Part shown: positions 19,015-28,421 of the stretch, piece by piece
Layout: the number at the start of each line of letters is the position of its first letter
How positions within the stretch are numbered: the stretch's first letter is position 1
Source: Candidatus Latescibacterota bacterium
Lineage (GTDB): Bacteria > Latescibacterota > UBA2968
Assembly (NCBI GenBank): GCA_965205975.1
Contig: OZ242195.1
Location: 4,992,001-5,056,000 of the forward strand
Length of the DNA stretch: 64,000 nt
Direction: 5' to 3'
The notes under the pieces: generated by a model
Database searches by the model: none
What the model was told of the DNA's origin: nothing
What the model saw: the letters and a program-made list of their open reading frames with translations, nothing else
Position numbers and translations under genes: made by a program

Positions 19015-21385
19015 ATTTTTGTTCAGTTTTGAGCCACGGCACGATATCGATGTGTCCGCGATCTATTCTCATTGCGATTGCACCCGAATGATCGGTTCTC
19101 CAAATTTGTATCCCCATATCGCGAAAGCGTTGTACAACTTCTGGCGAAGGATGCCGGAATTTATTGTTTATTCCGCAAGATATGGCTACAACGCTGGGAT
19201 TGACACCCGCGAGAAACTCGGGTGTTGAGGATGTGCGCGAGCCGTGGTGCGCAGCTTTGAGGATGTCTGACCGCAGGCGATGATTCCAGAGCATCAGATC
19301 GCTATCTGTCTCGTGTTCTATATCTCCAGTCAATAATATCGCTGTTTCCCGATAGACGATTCGAATGACGACCGAACCATTATTCACCCCATCGGGCGCC
19401 GATCCCGAGTCGGAGACATAAGCCGATGTCGGATGTAGCACCAGGCCGCCAATACCCACCAGACTATCTCCCGCAGCCACAGCCTGATATCTGATGCCTT
19501 TTGTTTTTACGACCTCTTGAAGCCGTTTGCCCGTAAAAGAATCGACGTGCTGTCCCGCATCGAGATAATAACCTACCGATATCTGTTCCAAAACGGAAAT
19601 CAGGCCACCAATATGATCGGCATGCGGGTGAGATCCCACCACGACATCTATATGATCAATATTCTGACTTTTGAGAAATGGCAGAATCACGCGCTCTCCC
19701 ATGTCGGTGTATTGCGTGCGAATACCACCATCGACCAGAAGTGTTCGTCCATTCGGATATTTAAAAAAAATAGCATCGCCCTGACCGACATCGAGGAAAT
19801 AGATTTCAAGGGCTGACTCTGTTTGCCAGATATTTTTCCAGATTCCGATATTTGCCAGAACAAGGGCGATTATGAGACAATAAGTACCCCAAAGCCGTCT
19901 GACAGTAGGGTGAATCAGAGGAATCAGGACCAGATAAATAGCAAAGATAACCCAGGAGGGACGCGCAACTTCAAAGGCAGCCCACTCTGGCTCGGCCATG
20001 AATTTTGCACATTTGATTGTCCCGCTCAAAATTAGCCAGTTCGCGGCGTTTAATATCGTCGCCAGAGGTTCCCAACAGGCGAAGGCCAATACAGTCAGGA
20101 GTCCCAGTGCGACGCCAACGCCTATGAGTGGTACGACAATTAAATTTGCAATTAGGCCAATAACCGATACCAGCCCAAAATATGCCACAACAAAGGGTAG
20201 AGTCGTTGCCTGAGCAGCGAGAGAAACAGCCAGAGGCCCTGCGATAAAGGTATCGTACCATCCCTTTTTTTCGGGTAAGAAGTCACGCAATGGTCGATAA
20301 AAAATTAAAATGCCGCCCGTGGCTACAAACGACAGTTGAAAACCCACATCGAACAGGTCCTGTGGTCGAGCGATCAATAGTCCCAAACCCGCTATGCCCA
20401 GGATGTTTCCACCGTCTATATCGCGCTGTCCCACCATGCCCAAAAGTGCCACACATCCCATTGTCGAAGCGCGCACGACCGAGGGAGGCAATCCGGTTAT
20501 CAGCGCGTAAAGTACCAGCGCAAAGATTGTCAGCGTGGCAGTGATGCCCCGCGCAATTCCCAGTATCTTTAGCGAGAAAAATATAGCTCCAGCAATCAAA
20601 CCTACGTGAAGTCCAGATACCGCTAAGACGTGATTGACACCCGTTTGTGCGAATGCGGTTTTAACTTCTTCGGGCACCGCGTGCTTTGCGCCTAAAAGCA
20701 CCCCTTTTAAGAGGCCAGCAGGTCCCCCGGAAAGATTCTGATCAATTGCACGGCGAATGAGATTTCTAATGGGCAATACGATCTGTGCCCACCAGTCATC
20801 TTTTTCATGTTGATGTGCAATAATCTGGGTGCGCTTTTGCACCGTGCCCAAAGCATCAATACCCCTTCGTTTCAGAAATTCCCGGTAATCAAATGCGCCC
20901 GGATTTCGCGGGAGACCAGGTTGATAGAGCTGTATCTGCAATTGCATTCGATCCCCGTATGTGGGCAATGCAGTACCCGCCTTAAACCTGATTAGCGCCT
21001 TGCCGCTTACAGCGCGTGCCGTGTCTTTGAAGACGATTTGAAGTACGTTAAAGACGGTGCGATAATCGCCATCGATGCGTTCTGGGTCCGACGATACCAA
21101 TCCTTCGACTTCGGCAAGTGTGCGGTCTGCAGGTAAGAACAGGACAAAGTGATCTACAGCGCGTTCCAGGCTCTGCGCGCTTCTCAATGCACCCAGCAAA
21201 ATGAGAAGGCTCGCAAAAAGGATGCTCATCTTTCCCTTATTCCAGTTTCTCCACAGCCCCACGCCACAAAAACAGATAAGGGTAAAGGCGCAGAGTATGG
21301 TGGGTGCTGGAAATACCCCAATATACCTGTGTAAACCGATTCCCAAAGCGAAGTACAGCGCAGTCCACAATGCGGGTCGTCTCAT
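19013..21385 (-). CDS. comEC: DNA internalization competence protein ComEC/Rec2
   Basis: RNPGAFDY, HVLAVSGLHVG, GFQLSF, LDVGQGDA, SHPHADHIGG, HHGSRTS, FRHPS; AAAGGA RBS before ATG 21385. Confidence 0.93.
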   Translation of the reverse strand: MRRPALWTALYFALGIGLHRYIGVFPAPTILCAFTLICFCGVGLWRNWNKGKMSILFASLLILLGALRSAQSLERAVDHFVLFLPADRTLAEVEGLVSSDPERIDGDYRTVFNVLQIVFKDTARAVSGKALIRFKAGTALPTYGDRMQLQIQLYQPGLPRNPGAFDYREFLKRRGIDALGTVQKRTQIIAHQHEKDDWWAQIVLPIRNLIRRAIDQNLSGGPAGLLKGVLLGAKHAVPEEVKTAFAQTGVNHVLAVSGLHVGLIAGAIFFSLKILGIARGITATLTIFALVLYALITGLPPSVVRASTMGCVALLGMVGQRDIDGGNILGIAGLGLLIARPQDLFDVGFQLSFVATGGILIFYRPLRDFLPEKKGWYDTFIAGPLAVSLAAQATTLPFVVAYFGLVSVIGLIANLIVVPLIGVGVALGLLTVLAFACWEPLATILNAANWLILSGTIKCAKFMAEPEWAAFEVARPSWVIFAIYLVLIPLIHPTVRRLWGTYCLIIALVLANIGIWKNIWQTESALEIYFLDVGQGDAIFFKYPNGRTLLVDGGIRTQYTDMGERVILPFLKSQNIDHIDVVVGSHPHADHIGGLISVLEQISVGYYLDAGQHVDSFTGKRLQEVVKTKGIRYQAVAAGDSLVGIGGLVLHPTSAYVSDSGSAPDGVNNGSVVIRIVYRETAILLTGDIEHETDSDLMLWNHRLRSDILKAAHHGSRTSSTPEFLAGVNPSVVAISCGINNKFRHPSPEVVQRFRDMGIQIWRTDHSGAIAMRIDRGHIDIVPWLKTEQK

Positions 21386-21413
21386 GTTGTTTCCTTTTTT
21401 GATCCCGTATTGT

Positions 21414-21429
21414 GGCAATTTTCGTGCCA
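21414..21429 (-). promoter_or_regulatory. sigma54 (-24/-12) promoter of comEC
   Basis: minus strand reads TGGCACG-AAAA-TTGC-C, about 30 nt upstream of the start codon. Confidence 0.7.
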
Positions 21430-21508
21430 GCTCTCATGGCGTGCTCATCTCCGCTATTTGAGGAAAAAACTGTTCACATGATTAAAAAAAATGTTCCCCT
21501 TTTCGTCA

Positions 21509-21537
21509 TTGACTTTCCCCATGTGAGATGGTATATT
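21509..21537 (+). promoter_or_regulatory. sigma70 promoter of the truA operon
   Basis: TTGACT-17 bp-TATATT with extended -10 TG. Confidence 0.6.
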
Positions 21538-21605
21538 TCCAAAACTGTATGCTTTAGTGGAAGTTAGGATCGTTACTCTTTTTGCGTTTGGTGCGGGCCG
21601 TTATT

Positions 21606-22346
21606 ATGCAGATTCGCCTGACGCTCGAATACGATGGGACCGACTTTAAGGGCTGGCAAATTCAGCCTGACCAACGCACGGTCCAGGGCGAGCTTCAGGC
21701 ACGCCTTGAGCAACTTTATGGCGCACCGGTCCCTGTTACGGCGTCTGGTCGTACAGATGCAGGCGTTCACGCACTCGGGCAGGTCGTCAATTTTACGCCT
21801 ACACGCGATATTCCGCTCGATCGCTTGCAGCACGCGCTCAATGGCATGTTGCCACCCGATGTTGCGGTCAAAAGTGCCGATTATGTCGGCCCTGACTTTC
21901 ACGCGCGTTTCGATGCCCAACGCCGTCATTATTTTTATTGTATCCGGCATAACAAACAGCCTATTGGTCGGTATTATGCGTGGTATATGCGCGGCGAACT
22001 CGATCTCAATGCAATAAAACGGGCGAGCAAAATTCTCATTGGTCGGCACGACTTTACGTCTTTTTGTGTGGCGGCCAATGAAAAAGAAAATCGAGTCTGT
22101 CAGGTCTATACATGCGATTGGCAACGGCAGGGCGACGAACTCATATTTTATATTTCCGGTAATCGCTTTTTACGCGCAATGGTGCGCAGTATCGTTGGCA
22201 CCCTCGTAGAAATGGGTCGAGGGGCGCGACCTGCCGAATCTATGCATGATATTCTCGGTGCTCGCAACCGCCAAAGTGCCGGAGAATCCGCTCCTGCCCA
22301 GGGTTTGTTTCTCGAAAGGGTGATTTACGACGATGAACTCCCGTGA
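21606..22346 (+). CDS. truA: tRNA pseudouridine(38-40) synthase
   Basis: EYDGTDFKGWQ, SGRTDAGVHALGQ, FHARFDA, GRHDFTSF, FLRAMVR. Confidence 0.96.
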   Translation: MQIRLTLEYDGTDFKGWQIQPDQRTVQGELQARLEQLYGAPVPVTASGRTDAGVHALGQVVNFTPTRDIPLDRLQHALNGMLPPDVAVKSADYVGPDFHARFDAQRRHYFYCIRHNKQPIGRYYAWYMRGELDLNAIKRASKILIGRHDFTSFCVAANEKENRVCQVYTCDWQRQGDELIFYISGNRFLRAMVRSIVGTLVEMGRGARPAESMHDILGARNRQSAGESAPAQGLFLERVIYDDELP

Positions 22347-23461
22347 GGATGAGTGCCGTGAAGCACCCCCTGCTGATTTTGCTATTGGGCTTGTGCATTG
22401 GCCTGGCACTATTTCCCCTGCTCAATCGGTCTTCGTCCAACACGAGCGCGGTAAGTACAAGTATTGAGACTTCGCGCCGAAATGCCATTGTTCGAGCGGT
22501 TGAAAATGTGGCGCCAGCAGTCGTTAGCATCAATACGGTTTACGATCGGGATTATCCCCGATACCCCGATAGCTTTTTTGAACCCTTTGAACTTTCCAAC
22601 AGGCGGCGCATTCCTGGAATCGGCTCGGGGTTCGTGATACAGACCGATGGTTATATCTTGACCAGCAGCCATGTTGTCGATGGTGCACAGGAAATATTTG
22701 TAATCTTTCCCGACGGTCGTCGCTTTGATGTTCTCGATGTTTTTATCGATCGCCAATGGGATCTGGCCGTTGTGCAGATTGATGCCGATAGTCTCTATGT
22801 TCCCGAGATTGGGACATCTGAAAGCGTTATTATTGGCGAATGGGCAATCGCGCTTGGAAACCCTTTTGGCTTGCACTTTGAAGATCTCAATCCCACCGTT
22901 ACGGTTGGTGTTATTAGCGCAGTAGATCGCATTGTTCGCCCAGAGCAAAACGAACGCGCCTACAAAAGCATGATTCAAACTGACGCTTCAATTAATCCCG
23001 GCAACAGCGGCGGTCCTTTGGTGAACAGCCTCGGTCGGGTTATTGGCGTTAATTCGTTTATCTTTTCACAAGGTGGATCGCTGGGCATCGGTTTTGCAGT
23101 GCCCATTGATCGCGCAATCCAGGTGGCCTGTCAGCTCATTGACCAGGGTAGCCGCGAGTTCTGGACCGGGCTGGATATTCACAACCTCAACTCGCATATT
23201 GCTCGCACCCTTGGGGTTCGGACACTTAAAGGTGCTTTGATCACTGTCGTCGATCCCCTCAGCCCAGGTGAAAGCGCCGGGTTGCTGCTCGGTGATGTGA
23301 TTGTGATGGTCAACGACAAAAATACCAGTAGTGCTGATGACGTCTTAAATGCTTTTCGGTACGCGGCTGTTGGCGATACATTTAATCTCAAAATTTTGCG
23401 TGGTCGAGGTCACGTATTTGATACCCAACTCGTCTTAGAAGCCGACCCGCGCAACGAGTAA
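22343..23461 (+). CDS. HtrA/DegP-family trypsin-like serine protease with one PDZ domain
   Basis: GSGF, TSSHVV, DLAV, IQTDASINPGNSGGPL; N-terminal TM anchor. Confidence 0.9.
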   Translation: MRMSAVKHPLLILLLGLCIGLALFPLLNRSSSNTSAVSTSIETSRRNAIVRAVENVAPAVVSINTVYDRDYPRYPDSFFEPFELSNRRRIPGIGSGFVIQTDGYILTSSHVVDGAQEIFVIFPDGRRFDVLDVFIDRQWDLAVVQIDADSLYVPEIGTSESVIIGEWAIALGNPFGLHFEDLNPTVTVGVISAVDRIVRPEQNERAYKSMIQTDASINPGNSGGPLVNSLGRVIGVNSFIFSQGGSLGIGFAVPIDRAIQVACQLIDQGSREFWTGLDIHNLNSHIARTLGVRTLKGALITVVDPLSPGESAGLLLGDVIVMVNDKNTSSADDVLNAFRYAAVGDTFNLKILRGRGHVFDTQLVLEADPRNE

Positions 23462-23483
23462 TTCCCGATTGGAGCCTTGTCTA

Positions 23484-24209
23484 ATGAATGCCAAAGCAGC
23501 TCTGCCCAGCCTGTTTACCATTAGCAGTTTGTTTTGTGGTTTTTTATCTATGTACTACGCTGTGAATGGGCGTTTTATCGGTGCAGCACTTCTCATCGTT
23601 ATTGCGGGGTTTCTCGATGCGTGCGACGGAAAAATTGCGCGATACTTCCATACGTCCAGCAACTTTGGCGTCCAATTTGATTCCATTGTCGATGTCTGTT
23701 CTTTTGGCGTGGCCCCGGCTCTGCTCATGTTGTACTATCTCGATACTTTGCTGGTCATTCGCTGGTTGCCTTTTGTCGTTTGTTTTTTATTTTTGTTGTG
23801 TGGTGCGCTGAGGTTGGCGCGTTTCAACGCACAATTAAAGGGATTCGAGAAAGAAAATTTCTCTGGCCTCCCGATTCCAACGGCAGCGGGTACTTTGGCC
23901 GCATATATTCTTTTTACAGAACATGTGTGGCAGAGCAGTACCCACGCGCCTCATTTTGCCATCGCCCTGTGCGTTGTGCTCTCATTTCTCATGATCAGCA
24001 CAATGGAGTACAACGCGTTTTCGAGGTTATCTATTGAAACCAGACGCGGTCGCATCCGCTTGATTTTTTTACTATGTATTATTGTGCTCATGTTTTTTTA
24101 TACTTATGAAGTATTCTTTCCCGTGGCACTCGCCATTTCCCTGTCTGGCCTGTTCAGGTGGTTGTATTATGCCATCACAGACCGCGAAGTGGCAGATGTA
24201 CGGGACTAA
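23484..24209 (+). CDS. pssA: CDP-diacylglycerol--serine O-phosphatidyltransferase
   Basis: DACDGKIAR, FGVQFDSIVD-SFGVAP, LRLARFN, FSGLPIP. Confidence 0.9.
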   Translation: MNAKAALPSLFTISSLFCGFLSMYYAVNGRFIGAALLIVIAGFLDACDGKIARYFHTSSNFGVQFDSIVDVCSFGVAPALLMLYYLDTLLVIRWLPFVVCFLFLLCGALRLARFNAQLKGFEKENFSGLPIPTAAGTLAAYILFTEHVWQSSTHAPHFAIALCVVLSFLMISTMEYNAFSRLSIETRRGRIRLIFLLCIIVLMFFYTYEVFFPVALAISLSGLFRWLYYAITDREVADVRD

Positions 24210-24236
24210 AATTCACCTTTTTTGCAAAGCGTGGTT

Positions 24237-24515
24237 ATGGGGCGAAGAAGTCTGGGAATTCTCATTGTTGCGATTTTTATCGGCATTCTTGCTGGCAACG
24301 TGGTTGGTCAGGTTCTGGCTGTTATTTTTGACAGTCTTGGCCTGGAAAATAATGTAGCGCAAAAAGTACTTGTTGAATCTTATGTCTATAAGCTCAATCC
24401 CATTGAGATTAACTTGATCATTATGACTTTTACATTGGGTTTTTCGATTGATTTCAATGTGTTGAGCTTTCTCGGTATTGGGATAGCCTGGTACTACGTT
24501 AAGTATTCCTATTGA
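24237..24515 (+). CDS. small membrane protein (DUF4321-like)
   Basis: two hydrophobic segments, INLIIMTFTLGFSIDFNVLSFLG. Confidence 0.6.
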   Translation: MGRRSLGILIVAIFIGILAGNVVGQVLAVIFDSLGLENNVAQKVLVESYVYKLNPIEINLIIMTFTLGFSIDFNVLSFLGIGIAWYYVKYSY

Positions 24516-24535
24516 GTTATTTCAGGAGGTATGAC

Positions 24536-24772
24536 ATGTTCGGCATGGGACCGTGGGAAATCGTATTGATTTTGGTCGTTGTCCTGCTGGTGTTTGGTGC
24601 AAAACGCATTCCCGAAATTGCCCAGTCTCTCGGCAAGGGCATTACCGAATTTAAGCGCGGCGTAAAGGACGTTCAGACGGAAATAGAAAATAACGTCAAC
24701 ACTGCTCCGCCTCCCGAACCACAACCCACACAGACAACACAGACAACATCGGGTACAGAAACAAAATCGTAA
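24536..24772 (+). CDS. tatA: twin-arginine translocase TatA/TatE subunit
   Basis: MFGMGPWE, LVFGAKRIPEIAQSLGKGITEFK; AGGAGG RBS. Confidence 0.92.
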   Translation: MFGMGPWEIVLILVVVLLVFGAKRIPEIAQSLGKGITEFKRGVKDVQTEIENNVNTAPPPEPQPTQTTQTTSGTETKS

Positions 24773-24784
24773 TCTGGAGGCAGG

Positions 24785-26242
24785 GTGGCTGACGATTCTG
24801 TTTTTTCCGCCCAAACAGCGCGAGGGCTTGTACACGGTATTCGCAGAGGGATGCACACAGCCCGCGAAATAACGGAAGAGATTCTCGCGCACATCCAAAA
24901 TACAAATCCCGATATCAATGCCTTCATCACTATTGATGAAGAAGGTGCGCTTAAAGCAGCAGATGCTGTCGATCAAAAGGCCGCCGAGGACCAGGTCCTT
25001 GGCCCTCTCGCAGGTGTCCCGATTGCGCTGAAAGATGTGTTGTGTACCAAAGGGCTGCGCACGACCTGTGCTTCAAGAATTCTCGATAATTTTATCCCAC
25101 CTTATGACGCAACCGTTGTTTCCCGTCTGCGTCAAGCCGATGCAATCATCCTGGGCAAACTCAATATGGATGAGTTTGCCATGGGCTCTTCCAGCGAAAA
25201 TTCCCATTTTGGTGCGGTCAAAAATCCACGCGATCAAACCCGCGTGACAGGCGGGTCCAGCGGCGGTTCTGCAGCTGCTGTTGCTGCTGGTCAGGCTCTT
25301 ATGACTCTGGGGTCTGACACTGGGGGGTCTGTTCGTTTGCCCGCATCTTTCTGCGGTGTGGTGGGGCTTAAACCCACTTATGGTCGCGTTTCTCGTTATG
25401 GCTTGATCGCTTATGCCTCTTCTCTCGACCAGATTGGTCCATTTGCGCGTACTGTCGAAGATGCGGCCACTTTGCTCGGTGTCATCGCCGGGCACGATTC
25501 CCGAGATTCTACTTCTGCCCATGTACCGGTGCCCGATTACCTTTTGGCCTGTCAAAGAGGTGTTGATGGTCTCACCATTGGCCTGCCGACAGAGTTTTTC
25601 GGCGAGGGTCTGCAAGCCGATGTTCGCAATGCTGTTATGCAGGGGGTTGAAATTCTGGAAAAAAATGGCGCGTCTATTCGCGAGGTTTCGCTGCCAACTG
25701 CTGGACATCCCGCTTTTGCAATTGCCGCATATTATATTATCGCTACGGCTGAAGCGTCGTCAAATTTGTCGCGTTACGATGGGGTGAAATACGGTTTCCG
25801 CGATGAGGCGGAAAGCCTGATTGATATGTATGTTCAAACGCGCAGCAAGGGTTTTGGCGCAGAGGTCAAGCGTCGCATTATGCTGGGGACTTATGCGCTG
25901 AGTGCGGGGTATTACGATGCGTATTACCGCAAGGCGCAACAGGTGCGCACGCTTATTCGTCGGGATTTTGACCGCGCGTTTGAATCCTGCGATCTCCTCG
26001 CTTCGCCCGTATCGCCTACTCCGGCGTTTAAGCTGGGTGAAAAACTCGACGATCCGCTTCAGATGTATCTTTCCGATATTTATACTGTTTCCGTTAATCT
26101 CGCGGGTATTCCCGGTATTTCGGTGCCTTGTGGTATATCGACCGAAGGTTTGCCCATAGGCTTGCAGTTGCTCGGCAATGCCTTTGCCGAAGAAACCATT
26201 TTGAGCGCGTCTGCGGTTGTTGAAAGAGAATTGGCGTTATGA
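24785..26242 (+). CDS. gatA: Asp/Glu-tRNA amidotransferase subunit A
   Basis: [53 protein letters not shown]. Confidence 0.96.
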   Translation: MADDSVFSAQTARGLVHGIRRGMHTAREITEEILAHIQNTNPDINAFITIDEEGALKAADAVDQKAAEDQVLGPLAGVPIALKDVLCTKGLRTTCASRILDNFIPPYDATVVSRLRQADAIILGKLNMDEFAMGSSSENSHFGAVKNPRDQTRVTGGSSGGSAAAVAAGQALMTLGSDTGGSVRLPASFCGVVGLKPTYGRVSRYGLIAYASSLDQIGPFARTVEDAATLLGVIAGHDSRDSTSAHVPVPDYLLACQRGVDGLTIGLPTEFFGEGLQADVRNAVMQGVEILEKNGASIREVSLPTAGHPAFAIAAYYIIATAEASSNLSRYDGVKYGFRDEAESLIDMYVQTRSKGFGAEVKRRIMLGTYALSAGYYDAYYRKAQQVRTLIRRDFDRAFESCDLLASPVSPTPAFKLGEKLDDPLQMYLSDIYTVSVNLAGIPGISVPCGISTEGLPIGLQLLGNAFAEETILSASAVVERELAL

Positions 26243-27690
26243 CTTACGAATCCGTCATCGGCCTGGAAGTACACGCCCAACTTGCGACTACTACCAAAAT
26301 CTTTTGTGGATGTAGTGCCGAATTTGGGGGGGATCCCAATACCCATGTTTGTCCGGTGTGTTTGGGTTTGCCTGGCGCGCTTCCCGTGTTGAATCAGAAT
26401 GTTGTTGAACTGGCGATGCGCGTTGCACTATCTGCAGGCTGCGCGATTCAACCGCGCAGTCGTTTTTTGCGGAAGAATTATTTTTATCCCGATCTGCCCA
26501 AGGGGTATCAGATCTCGCAGTTTCAATCCAATGAAGAAATGCCTCTGGCTACTGGCGGGGGTGTTGACGTGCCTACGGCTGATGATGGTAGAAAGACGAT
26601 TCGCCTTACGCGTATCCACATGGAAGAAGATGCTGGTAAGAGCATCCACCAGGAGGCCTTTGTGGCTGCGGGGGAGTCTCTCGTTGATGTCAATCGCTGT
26701 GGCGTGCCGCTTATCGAGATCGTGAGCGAGCCGGATCTTTCGACGCCGGAGGAAGTTTTTCACTATCTGACGAGTTTGCATCAATTGCTGGTGTACACGG
26801 GGGTGTCCGAAGGCGATATGGAAAAAGGACACATGCGGATTGATGTCAATGTGTCGATTCGGCCCGTTGGGGAAACACGACTTGGCACGAAGGTTGAGAT
26901 CAAAAATGTCAATTCTTTTCGCAATTGTCAGCGTGCTATTGAGTCCGAGATTCGGCGGCAGATTGATTTGGTTGAGACCGGCGGTGAGATTGAGCAGGCG
27001 ACGATGCTCTACGACCCCGATCGCAATATTTTGCGGGCTATGCGTACAAAAGAAGAATCGGACGATTATCGCTATTTTCCCGATCCGGATCTGGTTCCCC
27101 TTATCGTAGATAGTGCCTGGGTCGAGCGTGTTCAGAGCCAGATTCCAGAGTTGCCAGAGGACAAACGCGCGCGTTTCGCAGAGGTTTACGATATTTCTGG
27201 CGATCAGATTGAGGTGCTTACTGCAGGTCGAGATGTTGCGGATTATTTTGAAGCTGCGGTTGCGGCGGGTGTGGAGAGCAGGCTTGCGGCAAATTGGATA
27301 CAGGGCGATGTGATGCGCGTTCTGAATGATCGGAAGATCGCGATTGGCGATTTGTGTGTTTCAGCTGAATCTCTCGCAGAATTGATTGGTTTGGTAGATA
27401 AGGGTGATATTAGTACCAGTATCGCGAGGACGGTTTTCGACGATATGGTGGAGACAGGGGAGAGTGCATCGTCTATTGTTGAGAAAAAGGGGCTTGTGCA
27501 GATTAGCGATGCGGGTGAACTCGATGGCGTGATCGATCAGATTATAGCGGATAATCCCGAGGAGGTTGAGCGGTTCAAAGGCGGCGACCAGAAGCTTATG
27601 GGGTTTTTTATGGGCCAGCTTATGAGAGCCACAAAAGGTCAGGCCAATCCCCAAAAAGCCAGTCAGTTGTTGCGGGAGAAATTGGGATAG
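26239..27690 (+). CDS. gatB: Asp/Glu-tRNA amidotransferase subunit B
   Basis: [45 protein letters not shown]. Confidence 0.96.
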   Translation: MTYESVIGLEVHAQLATTTKIFCGCSAEFGGDPNTHVCPVCLGLPGALPVLNQNVVELAMRVALSAGCAIQPRSRFLRKNYFYPDLPKGYQISQFQSNEEMPLATGGGVDVPTADDGRKTIRLTRIHMEEDAGKSIHQEAFVAAGESLVDVNRCGVPLIEIVSEPDLSTPEEVFHYLTSLHQLLVYTGVSEGDMEKGHMRIDVNVSIRPVGETRLGTKVEIKNVNSFRNCQRAIESEIRRQIDLVETGGEIEQATMLYDPDRNILRAMRTKEESDDYRYFPDPDLVPLIVDSAWVERVQSQIPELPEDKRARFAEVYDISGDQIEVLTAGRDVADYFEAAVAAGVESRLAANWIQGDVMRVLNDRKIAIGDLCVSAESLAELIGLVDKGDISTSIARTVFDDMVETGESASSIVEKKGLVQISDAGELDGVIDQIIADNPEEVERFKGGDQKLMGFFMGQLMRATKGQANPQKASQLLREKLG

Positions 27691-27780
27691 AGCACACGAT
27701 AGAGGGATGGTAATTCAAGCATAAATGGGAGATATATTGGCTCACGAAGTACGAGTTTTTAGAGCAATATATTAGACATC

Positions 27781-28353
27781 ATGAACCAGCAAGAATTAAA
27801 GAAAATAGTGAAATATGTACTGGAAAATATTGATTTCGTAAGACATGTTGTTGACCAGGCATATCAGATCAGAAAGTACTTAATTGATTTAACATTAGAA
27901 AACGAAATTACAGAGCGTGATTTTTATAGAATTTCAAGTATCCTCTCGCCACAGTCGAGAAGTCCAATGTGGCAAAATTATTTTATTCGCAAATACAATT
28001 GTACAAAAATTTCTCCACAGGAAAACAAAGGTGACTTTAGAAAAAATGACAAATATTATGAATACAAAGCATCTGGATATAATCGAGATAATGCTATTCA
28101 TATAGTACAAACCAGATTATGGCAGCCCTGTGATTATATCATTCAATATATATCTGATGAAGGTGCAGAGACGTTCTTACTAACGCATGAAAATATGCAA
28201 GAAGAAACAGATAAGTTAAAAGCATCGTCAGCACATGGAACACAAACAGTTTCTCAAGTTAATATCCATAACGAGTTAAGAATGACTATCAAATTGCATT
28301 CAAACAATTGGGATAGATGGATGAAAGAATACTATCGAGAAAATCCATTTTGA
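27781..28353 (+). CDS. AT-rich hypothetical protein, possible PD-(D/E)XK nuclease
   Basis: KGD...YYEYKAS resembles PD-(D/E)XK; visibly lower GC than flanks; directly upstream of mod-res. Confidence 0.5.
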   Translation: MNQQELKKIVKYVLENIDFVRHVVDQAYQIRKYLIDLTLENEITERDFYRISSILSPQSRSPMWQNYFIRKYNCTKISPQENKGDFRKNDKYYEYKASGYNRDNAIHIVQTRLWQPCDYIIQYISDEGAETFLLTHENMQEETDKLKASSAHGTQTVSQVNIHNELRMTIKLHSNNWDRWMKEYYRENPF

Positions 28354-28421
28354 CAACAAAGATTGAGTTTCGAAGCTACAAAGCCGATGATCCCAAAAAA
28401 TAAATGTTAAAGGACCACAAC

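Noticed and set aside
18905..19228. 107-aa ORF on the + strand in the ORF track
   Set aside because: Runs through the ncRNA 3' half, the terminator and antisense into comEC; no RBS or recognisable motif
24773..24784. Missing gatC before gatA
   Set aside because: gatC is often encoded elsewhere; cannot be judged from this window
27732..27772. Imperfect inverted repeat atatattggctc/gagcaatatat upstream of the R-M locus
   Set aside because: Low-complexity AT-rich match, no controller (C) protein gene nearby; insufficient support
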